DNA from: Podospora anserina
Taxonomy: Eukaryota
DNA length: 64,000 nt
Direction: 5' to 3'
NCBI GenBank assembly: GCA_017654855.1
Contig: CM030333.1
Coordinates: 2,976,001 to 3,040,000, forward strand
Under the pieces are notes generated by a model. The model did not search any database and was not told where the DNA came from. It saw nothing but the letters and a program-made list of their open reading frames with translations. A program made the translations under genes and the position numbers. Positions 39,151 to 48,902 of the stretch are shown piece after piece. Numbering within the stretch: the first letter of the stretch is position 1; the number at the start of each line of letters is the position of its first letter.

Positions 39151-39222
39151 AACCCACTATCCATTAACCATTATCCATTAACCATTATCCATCAACCATT
39201 ATCCATCAACTATTATCCATTA
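39151..39222. repeat. Five copies of a 14-nt unit (AACCATTATCCATY) abutting the transposon end
   Basis: Direct reading. Confidence 0.85.
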
Positions 39223-40335
39223 ACGTACTTTATAAGCGAGTCGGTCATATAAGTGGGCCGGTCACTTTTCGACCGCGACGCGTCCTCCTACACTCAACAT
39301 CAACTTTCTCTACAACCCAACATGCCTCCTACCTTAAATGAAGCCAGGATAATCTTAGCTCTTAAAGCTATTCAAAAGACTCCGAAATTAAGCCTCCGAG
39401 CCGCAGTAAAGCTATATAACATACCATTCTCAACCCTCTGTGACCGACGCGCCGGCCGGCCTGCACGACGCGATACTACGCCCACATCGAAGAAGCTCAC
39501 TCAATCCAAAGAGGATGCTATTGTTCAACACATTATTGAGCTATGTGCGCGAGCTTTTCCACCAAGATTGCGTGGTGTGGAAGATATGGCCAACCAACTG
39601 CTACGTGTACGCGACGCGCCCCCTGTTGGCAAGCTCTGGGCATATAACTTCGTTAAACGCCAGCTACAGCTCCGTACACGTTTTACGCGTAGATACGACT
39701 ACTAGAGGGTCAAGTTCGAGGATCTAAAGGTTATTACCGAGTGGTTTACGCTCGTACGGAACACTAAGGCTAAGTACGGTATCGTGGATAACGATATTTA
39801 TAATTTCGACGAGACTGGGTTTATGATGGGTATTATCTTCGCGGGTATGGTGGTTACGACCTCGGACGGCCTTAATAAGGCAAAACTAGCCTAGCCTGGC
39901 AACCGCGAATGGGCAACGGTAATCCAGGGAGTCAATGCCTTCGGCTGGGCCATCCCTCCTTTTATTATTTTAGCCGCGCAGTACTACCTTACTAACTAGT
40001 ATACCGAGTGCAACCTACCATCTACCTGGCGTATCGCAACCACCGATAATGGCTGGACTACTAATCTAGTAGGCCTAGATTGGATTAAGCACTTCGATTA
40101 TTATATAGCGTCCCGTATAAAGGGCAAATACCGGTTGTTAATCCTCGACGGCCACGAAAGCCATTACTTAACCGAATTCGAGCGCCACTGCCAGCAGAAC
40201 AACATTATTACGCTCTATATACCTCCACACTCCTCCCACCTCCTCCAGCCACTCGATATTGGCTGCTTTAGGCCGTTAAAATAGGCGTACGGTCGCCAGA
40301 TCGAGGACTTAATGCGTATGTATATCAACCATATT
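39223..40335 (+). mobile_element. Fot1/pogo-like (Tc1/mariner superfamily) DNA transposon, RIP-mutated and 3'-truncated
   Basis: TA|ACGT start. The transposase from 39322 has an HTH region, YNFDETGF, LLILDGHESH and HLLQPLD, interrupted by in-frame TAG stops. No right TIR was seen. Confidence 0.9.
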
Positions 40336-40612
40336 TCCCATTCTTACCCGTGATCTCGCGACCGAATCAGCCCTACCATGTGCCTATTGAGCTTGGCTGT
40401 TTGGCATAACCTTGGCATGTCCTCATTCTGCCCTACGGTTGGTGCAAGTACGGGTTAGTTCACATTGCCAAGCCTCAGCTATCCCTTCTTCATAATCCCG
40501 CCGAGTGAACATCATGCCAACCCTGCCGGCGCCAAGTTGGGCACACGTCTTAAGTACTGCGGGCCGCCCTGTTTAGCTTCGTTGTGGTCTCCTTCTTCAC
40601 AGCCATGTCTTC

Positions 40613-41818
40613 ATGATGGTACAAACAAACCCACATGCAGTAGCCTTTTTGGCCATCATGGCCAGTGTGATTCATCCAGCACTGGCCAACGAGTGGACTG
40701 GGTGGACTCGCACAAACTTACTGGCCCTGGCAACATCTTACTTACCAAACGGCTGCGATCCGGAGGGTACAACCGGGTTAACGTCATGCTACGAGACATA
40801 TGTCCCGGGTGTTCCTTACATGGTGAAGCATACCAACATTCCCCCTGGTGCCACACCGACGAGCAGTTCAACGTACACCAACCGCGACTGGGACATTAAA
40901 ATGGTCACCATCCTCCTGCCCCCGGACGCCGTCCCCCGGTCCGAGATTGACGGCTGGTACTGGTTCCGATCAACGACAACTAGGCCCCCATCTACGAGCG
41001 ACCTTTGGTGGATTGACCACACCCTCACCGCCCCAGCCAGCTGCCCAACTCGATTCGAGTTCACCACATCTCATCTGCTCAGGTACTGGGGCGACCGCCT
41101 CCCATCCGAGTTCCTCGACGAGTACATGCTCCCCAAAGCCACCGTCTTCCCAGTCTATACAACCACACCCTCCTATAGGGGAGCCTACCCGTCACCAGTG
41201 AGAGAGATCCACGTCAAGCCGACGGATCTACCCCCAACCCGCAACGGTGGACTTCCTCTCTACGGAGATGCAGGCCTTTTCATATCGGATCTCAAGAGCT
41301 TCAATCAATCCTATATCACACACTGCCATCTTCCTGGCGAGCCGCGACCCTGCTCTTACACCTACGCCGGGAAGTGCAGCAAGATCGAGCCGTGGAAGAT
41401 CATTGTTGCGGCTGTTATCCCGTCCATTTTTCTTCTTGGGTTCGTCGAAAGTTTCTTCTGGTTCAGGCGGTTGATGCTGGGCAAGTCGTGTCTCCGGTTG
41501 GGAACGGTGTGCTGGAATCTGATCTTCATTTTTCTCGTCTTTTTCACGGCGATAGAGGATAAAAGAAGCCCAGAGCATCAGGCCGACTTCAGGGAGCAGT
41601 GGAAGAAGATGTCACTCATGACAAAGATCAAGTTATGGGGCCAGTTTGGATTTCGGCATCGGTATCCGGTGGAGTGGTTGGGAGAAAGGAAGCCGACGGG
41701 TCGGGTCACGGAGAGTATCGAGATGACAAGAGGTGGCGGTAATGGAGGAGCTGGGAGAGGAGGACAGCGGGTGGAGGATGATGATATACCTCCAGCTTAC
41801 CCTGGTCCTCCTGCGTAG
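40613..41818 (+). CDS. Uncharacterised 401-aa protein with signal peptide, C-terminal transmembrane helices and a terminal PPAY motif
   Basis: Long ORF with a hydrophobic N-terminus, two hydrophobic segments and a DIPPAYPGPPA end. Confidence 0.7.
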   Translation: MMVQTNPHAVAFLAIMASVIHPALANEWTGWTRTNLLALATSYLPNGCDPEGTTGLTSCYETYVPGVPYMVKHTNIPPGATPTSSSTYTNRDWDIKMVTILLPPDAVPRSEIDGWYWFRSTTTRPPSTSDLWWIDHTLTAPASCPTRFEFTTSHLLRYWGDRLPSEFLDEYMLPKATVFPVYTTTPSYRGAYPSPVREIHVKPTDLPPTRNGGLPLYGDAGLFISDLKSFNQSYITHCHLPGEPRPCSYTYAGKCSKIEPWKIIVAAVIPSIFLLGFVESFFWFRRLMLGKSCLRLGTVCWNLIFIFLVFFTAIEDKRSPEHQADFREQWKKMSLMTKIKLWGQFGFRHRYPVEWLGERKPTGRVTESIEMTRGGGNGGAGRGGQRVEDDDIPPAYPGPPA

Positions 41819-42223
41819 GTGGCTGGTGGGACTGCTTGGTGTTGGGCACCTAACCGAAATCCGGTGTCGATGCCTGTCTAGGCGAGTGAGTCATGTAATT
41901 ATGCTAGATACCCCTGCTTAACGGTTAGTTATTGAATTAGCTAGGCAAAATGTTAACTTTCTTGTGTAACGGGAATGTTTGTTTTGAAGGCGTCGACATG
42001 ATTTTTTGTTTGTGGCTAACCATTGGTCAATGGATATGCAGTTATCCTCAAGCCTCTGGACTGACATCCAATAATTCCCATCCGACCACATGATCAAGGA
42101 TGGCCCTTGAAGAGGGGTAAGAAGTTGCATAAAAGGAAGGAGCCCCCCAGGGTTTCCCCCTCAATCCATGCTCTAGAATCTTTCCCCCCAACACCGAACA
42201 TCGCCATCACCAGACATCCTGTC

Positions 42224-42660
42224 ATGGCACCACCAAAAACGCTGACAACGCTACCGAATGAGGTTCTGCTGCGCATCTGCAAGCTCCTCTCCGACTCACA
42301 CTTTTCCAGCCTGAGAGCGCTTTCACAAGCCAACCGACATTGTTTCTCTGTTGCCGCCGCGGCTCTCGTTGATACAATTACCTTTTACATCGGTGATCCC
42401 GCTCAATTGGCCCAAGATGTTGAGAACTGCAAACAAGTACTCCAGCAGCGGAATCACAATTTATTTTCCCATGTTCGCCGCCTCATCATAGTTGGCTGCA
42501 TGGGGGAGCTGGATAGTAGGCAGATCAATCCGCTTCACCCCGAATACGCAAACCGATCCTGGCATCTATCACTGCCCTGGACCACAGACTTTGACACAGC
42601 TCGCGCACATCTACACGGTTTCCTCCCCGGGTCCTCCAATGGACGCAGCGCAATCCCCTT
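42224..42660 (+). pseudogene. 5' fragment of an F-box-like gene, apparently truncated
   Basis: LTTLPNEVLLRICKLL..LRALSQANR F-box pattern and HVRRLIIVG. The sequence switches abruptly to AT-richer DNA near 42660. Confidence 0.55.
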
Positions 42661-43260
42661 GACTACTTTCAATTGCAATTGGGGCACATCAGTAAGTTCT
42701 ATTCTAAGCTGGAAAGTGTACTCGGGTTGGCAAGGAGAGTGTAAACAGACATGGACAGCCCTGTAATAGAATCGTTCTTGGAGTCTGATATTTTCTCGTT
42801 TATTCTCGGCCGAAAAAAGGGCTTGCATCAATAGGTATTATTGAGCAGTTCTCTTATTTATTTGTTGAGAGGGTTGGTGTTGAACCACGTCGAGGGCAGT
42901 GGATAGGAAAAACTCTTTGATATGGTACCTAATCGACGGGAGATAATCATGCTTAGCCGGGGCCTACCATGCGAGAGTCAGATTAAAATAGAGATGAAGT
43001 TCAATGATTTATTTATGGGACTTATGGAACCGCACATAAGATTAACGAACTTTAGATACCTACTATCAGTATACTCTCATAAACCCCTCCAGAGGTTTGG
43101 GAATTCTAGTCTTCTCAGCTGAGGCTTTCTCTCAAAGATCAAGATCAACCCTTCTTGGCTTTGACTGAGTATTCCTGAACATTTTGAATCAAACAAGTCA
43201 GCAAAGGAAAAGGGTCCCAAAATACTTCATGTTACCGCAGTTTGTAGGTACGGTTTCCAT

Positions 43261-46200
43261 TCAACTTACCTCAAACTGTTTGAAAAAGTCCTTTAATCGC
43301 TTATCGACCTCGGCCTTATCTCTTGTCCTCTGAGCGTCCTTGTTCCTCAGGAAAGCCAGCTGATCCGCAAGGGGGAACTTTGAGTTGGCAGGACCGTAGG
43401 AGCCCAGGAAACGAAGCATGGTTAGCATCTCATTTGACTCTGTCAACTTGAGCGCCTCCCACTTGTTCTTGTCGAGCGCGTATCTCGCCAAGTATAGAAG
43501 GGCCCCGCAGAGCCCGGAGGCGATTGCCGTTGCTACGGAGCTTCCGCTGTGTTCTGTGGGAAGCCTGTCTAGGCTCAGGTTGAGGGGCACGTTCTCTCCC
43601 GGAAGGAGGATGTCGTAGTCTTCTTTGTGTACCCAGTCGCATCGCTCCCCAGTGCCGGTTGAGGCACCGACTCGAACGCAGTGGTGACTGGCTGCCGGGA
43701 AGCAGAACAGGTGGGTGCTGTTACCTTGGTCACTAGCGGCGCAGAGCATTAGGATGCCTTTTTGTTTGGCGTTGTTGAGTGCTGAAGTCAAGCCGCTGAT
43801 CTCCTCGGAGGATTTGCTGCTCTTTTCGATGGTCCAGCTCATGGAGATGATGTCGACATTGCAACGAATGGCCCACTCGATGGCCTAGAAGTAAAGAAGG
43901 GTTAAACCAACATCCTGAACCTTTCCCCTGCATAAATCTCTGGGGAAGTCTTGAAAATATACAATAAAAAGGCTGAGACTTACATCAGCCGCCGAACGCG
44001 CAGTTATGTGGCGCTTTCCGTGCACTCCGCCTGATCTCTCATCAAGTTTGGCCACGTACAGCCGTGCCCGAGGGAATATGCGTAAAATGAAAGCAGCCAT
44101 GATGGTGCCGTGCTGGTCACTGGTTGAAACAAAATAAGGCACGGTTGAATCATCTAGGCCGTTTTGCGAGCAAAAGGAGGCGCCCGACACGATCTTGCCG
44201 TCGAACCTATCGAGGCAAGCGTCAATTCCGTCGTCGATGATGGCGATCTTGACTGTCTTGTCGTCGTCGGCTTCCTTGGAATCTTTGATTGAGCGAATGA
44301 ACTTGCATACTGGTTGAATATCTTGCATCCACTTGTTGTCGCTGTTTTCCAGAGAAGGTGGTTTAACAGGTTAGCTTCTCCATTTCTTGTCCAGGTGAAC
44401 AAGTTTTGGATACATACTTCTGGCTGCTTTTTGTGCCTATTGTCTTGAAACTTGACCTGAAACTGCGAAAGCCGGGATCCTCTGCATCGATGATGGTGAT
44501 GTTTGTGATCTCGGTGGTGGTTTCGGTTGTAGGTGAAGTCTGAACAGGTGCTGGTAAGCGTTCAACCATGCCATAATCCCCATCGGGATTCTGATGGTGT
44601 TCAGTGTCAGGTTGATGGGGCTCGTGGGTCGGTCCTCCGTTCGTAAGATTCCCGTTCGTAAGTTTCCCGTTTGGAAGTTGAGCAGGTTCTGAGTGGTTGA
44701 TGCGCTCTCGGAATCTTTTGATCTGATTCTCTACTCTCTGTTTGCTCTCTAAGCCCTATATCCGTACGTTAGCTCAATGCTTGATGTAACGGAACTGACG
44801 TAGACAGCAATTACCATATCATAATACAGCAATATCTTTTGTAACTGCACCAGGAACACGGAGATTAAAGAAAAGTGTTAGCTAACAATTCATGTAGGGG
44901 AACTTGTCGTTGTTTAGCATGATCACGGGCAACATACCTTCCTGAACTTCTCGCGGTTAGCAAACCCTTCGTTACTGTACCAACCCAACATGGTAGCGGC
45001 ATTTCCTGACCAGTAAAGCGAGACCTCGCGGACATTTGGGGCTACAGAATAGATGACATCGCTGCAGATGTCAGGCTTCTTCCAGTCCCAGATTTCCACA
45101 TCCAAGTTCATCAAGGCCTGCTCGATCGCGCCGTCGGAATGTGGTCGATCGCTGTCGTCGATGACAACAACCCTCTTTATTGTGCGGACATGGTTCTCTC
45201 GTAGCCACTGAAATACCGATACCAGGTCTCGTCTGCCTTTCCCATTCATCATGGCTTCGTTCGTTTTGGCATTGGCCACCACAGCCTCAGATCTTCGCTC
45301 GCCAGCATAATTTGCGCCGCTTCGTGCATTGGAGTTTGCCTGTGAGATGGGGAACCCATTTTCGACCGGATCTGTTTCGAAGATCAAGCTCGGGAGACTA
45401 ACACATATGAGAATGGATTCAAACTTCAAGTGCTTGACGAGTCGTTTCAGGTAGTCTTTGGTTAAAGTCTGGCCACGGAGCCCCGATAGGCTGAATTCGA
45501 GGTGTCTCTCTTTGGTGTTTAGAAAAGAAACGGTTAGCCCGTTGAGATATCTTCAATGACTTCGAAAACAAAAGAACAAAATAGAGAAAGAGACTTACCC
45601 TCACCAGGAGCGTAAAGAGCCTGCAAAAGATTCTTTCTATTGGTGCGAAATTTGTCGATGCAAAACAGCTTCATCATGGTGAGTATCTCGTCTGTTCCAT
45701 ACACCTCGGCCAAAGCCGTTTGCAAAGCTTGCTCGCGGGCCGTCTTCTTGAGTTTGTCCTTGATGGGCCCCGGAAGGCCCCTGAACTCCGTCGTCGCATG
45801 TGCTCGGTATGCTTTCCAGATCCTGCTCACCAGTCCCTCTACTCTGGTCTGGAAGGGGGTCAAATTGAGTGCCTTGTTATGTTTCTTGTCCTTATCTTCT
45901 GAATAGTTCATCCTGGCCAGGATTGCTCGAACATTGCTGGCAGTGTTTTGGATAAACTCGGATTCCATCAAGAGTTTCACCATCTCGAGCCTCTTCTCGT
46001 CAACTGGGCTTTTATTTACCACTTGCAAAGATATCAGCTCCAACCTCATGTCGGCCTTCATTGATTCATTTACTATTGTCGCCAGCGGGGGGTCAGTGAC
46101 AAAGTTGATGGCCAGAGTCTCTTCTTGCCGAAGCATGACTGCATGGTGCAGAGCAGTGGACTTATCAGCAAGAGACTGCTGAGCGAAAACATTGCTTCTG

Positions 46201-46811
46201 CGGACGCCTCCGGCTTCGTTTCCAATCCGAGCGCAGAGTTTGATGATTCGATTGACATGCTCCGAGTTGTGCTTCACGGCGAGGTAAAGACAAGTCTCGT
46301 CGTCTCGATTCCGATGTTGAAGGATTTGCCCAAGGGTAGACGAGGGCGCAATCTCCGAGTCCTCCGGCTCGAGACCATCCAAAGCAATCTTGACAAAGGC
46401 ATGGTTCTCGTGGTAGAGAGCGAAATGCAAAGGAATTGAGTCGTCCTTTTTGTATTCGCACTTGAGCATGTGCTCATAGTTTTTGAGGAGCCATCTCAAG
46501 AAAGACCTGCCGTCCCCGGCTTCTCCTTCGTGCTTGTCCTGCCACCAGTCATCCTCTGATTTATCCGCTAGCTTATGGAGAATGTTTCCGCTCGTCGAGG
46601 TTCGTTCGTTGTTTGCCGTGTTGAGAAACTCTCTGTACTTCTTCTCAAACGCTACGCTCTGGTCCGGTTTGCTAAAATCGACAGCTTTTGCGGCTTCCAA
46701 GACAGTGGACTGCTTGATTGCACCTCCGGAACCTTGAAGAGTGTTGGTAGAGAATGTTGGTTGTTCCTCGTCTCCACTGTCGTCAAACCTGGATAACCTG
46801 AACTGCGCCAT
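43261..46811 (-). CDS. Intracellular subtilisin-like (S8) serine protease with an N-terminal ankyrin-like region, ~6 exons
   Basis: Catalytic motifs KIAIIDDGID, HGTIMA and SGSSVATAIASG, plus VDIISMSW and CAASDQG. ANK-like PLHFAL, TCLYLAV and TALHHAV. No signal peptide; canonical introns. Confidence 0.88.
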
Positions 46812-47532
46812 TGCCGACTTTTGGAAAGGGACTTCAAGTCAAGAGTGCGGTGGGTCTCGTCGTAAAAAGGAGGAGTCTTGCCGGGGGAAAAAAGTCAAAC
46901 AAGCTGATTCCTGAAGGGCAAAAAATAAAGAGCTTGACGACTGAGATGCAAGCAGAAGAACGGGAGGACATGGGTCAGACTTGCCAGGTTTCAGTTAGCA
47001 TTGGACAGAGGCTTAGAGCCAGGCAGAAAAAGCTTAGCACAGTACGGAATTTCTTTTCTGTCAAGACTGTCGAGACAAAAAGCATGATCTGATTTCGTTG
47101 TAAATGTACATGTACATACATGTATTAATAATGCATATGCATATGCATATCTTCGGCCCAGGGGTCCTCGCTGATAAGGACATGGATCTTAGACTACATT
47201 CGGCACAATCTATTGGTGAACGCAGGCCAGCCTTGCTTGTCGAGATGGGGGGCGGCCTCGACCCCTCTATATTGAAGCCCAAACTGAATGAGTGGAGGAG
47301 AGTATGTCGTGATAAAAGTGGAAATCTGCTCAGTGCTAAATATGCAGTGTGGTCAGTTGAGATGCATTATCGTCTTGTGATACCCATCCCCCTATGCCAC
47401 CTCTGCATAGCACTTTCATTCATGCTACAAGGCAATACCATACTCGCCTGATCTGGTGCATTTATAGACTCAGGAACATCCAACCCTCGAATTCGGCAAT
47501 CAACCATACCAGCTACGGTATCCGTTGTTATT

Positions 47533-48387
47533 ATGGACTTTGTCGATATCCCTCTGTTTCCCAAGTCAGATGACGATGATTCGTTTCGGACGAGGAGGGA
47601 TCCCAATCAGGCATTCGATACCGAGAATCCCACAACCATGATAACCAGAGGAAATCATGGAGGAGTTGTGAGGACCAGAGCCGTGCTGACCAAAGTGCAT
47701 GCTGGGACCATCACGAAAGGCGGGCCACGCGGAACATTGTTGATGTTTGAGTTTCGCTTCCAGTCCCCAAACAAGCGTCGATTTACAAATGCAAAGCTCA
47801 TTGTCGAGTTCGAGGACAGCAGTGGGCGCAACGACTACACCTTGGACCCAGTGGTGTGCAAGATTGTGCCGAATGGCTCCTTTGCGCTGAACAGGGCTGA
47901 AAGCAAATCTGACATCAGCAAGAAGTTCACTGGCTCTCTAGGAAGCGGCCTGGACGGAATTGTTGAAGCAAGTCTGGGGTTCGAGTGGGAGGTGTCAAGG
48001 GAAATTACCAAGGAACATTACACCAGCCTGACGGGAATTCCAAGCAACGAACGCGAGGACGAATATGGGGAAGATAACTCGGCCATTTGGGAGCTGGATG
48101 AGGACGAGGAGCTTGCCAAGAAAGCTGGGATCCCCAGGTACCTCAGGACAGCGGTGCTCCTTCGACACCCTCACAACAGATCTTTTCTCGTCAAGCTGAG
48201 CGTGGAAACCAAGGTCGATTTCGGAACCGACATTCGGACCTTCTTCGGGATGGGACAGACGGAAGCTGTTGACCCAGTCAACATTGATCCTGCCAAACTC
48301 GGACAGACAGTGGAGGAGCTGGAAAACATGGCTGAGCTGAAGAGTGTCGATGTTGCATTTGCGACGCCACTTGAGACAAATAATTGA
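47533..48387 (+). CDS. Uncharacterised 284-aa cytosolic beta-rich protein (candidate beta-pore-forming effector)
   Basis: Clean single-exon ORF with no signal or transmembrane helix. It has alternating-polarity strands and an S/T/G-rich hairpin-like segment. The function is inferred. Confidence 0.75.
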   Translation: MDFVDIPLFPKSDDDDSFRTRRDPNQAFDTENPTTMITRGNHGGVVRTRAVLTKVHAGTITKGGPRGTLLMFEFRFQSPNKRRFTNAKLIVEFEDSSGRNDYTLDPVVCKIVPNGSFALNRAESKSDISKKFTGSLGSGLDGIVEASLGFEWEVSREITKEHYTSLTGIPSNEREDEYGEDNSAIWELDEDEELAKKAGIPRYLRTAVLLRHPHNRSFLVKLSVETKVDFGTDIRTFFGMGQTEAVDPVNIDPAKLGQTVEELENMAELKSVDVAFATPLETNN

Positions 48388-48902
48388 GTTGGATTGGCAG
48401 GAATCAGGAAATCCAGTTAGCAATGGCGGTTGACGCGATTCTTTTTCCAATGCTGTAATGTACAGGTATATGTACAAGTGTCTGGTGTGCGGAGAAGGGA
48501 AGGGTCCTTCCTGTCTTGTTGGGCTGACATGCAGCTGCCACCTACACTTATCAAATTCAAATGGGTGCGGGGTGTAGTTTAGCGGTGCCTGTGTACCATG
48601 CAAGGAATTTTCGGAGTGCCCAGCCAGGCTGGGCACATGCTTTGATTTCAGGAGGAAAGAGCTGTGGAAGAATGTGAATCGTCAGGTCAATTAGCCACTT
48701 CAGGCAGGCACCCAATGAATTTAACGACCTATTTTCTCCAAACACCACCTAACAATGCCGTACAGTTCACCTTTGACCACCGATCAGCTAGCACAGCCAA
48801 TTCTACCTGCCCTGGCAAATAATTTCAGTTCTCCTCCCGGCATACCTCTTTAATTACTATTACCTTTCGCCACGAGAACATACCAGCAATCGGCAACCAA
48901 CA

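Noticed and set aside
39151..39222. Short direct-repeat array as CRISPR or telomeric repeat
   Set aside because: There are no spacers, the context is eukaryotic, and the unit is not TTAGGG.
47533..48387. Calling the 284-aa protein a gasdermin (het-Q1/rcd-1)
   Set aside because: Size and context fit, but I cannot recognise family-specific sequence similarity. It is left as a candidate pending a structure search.
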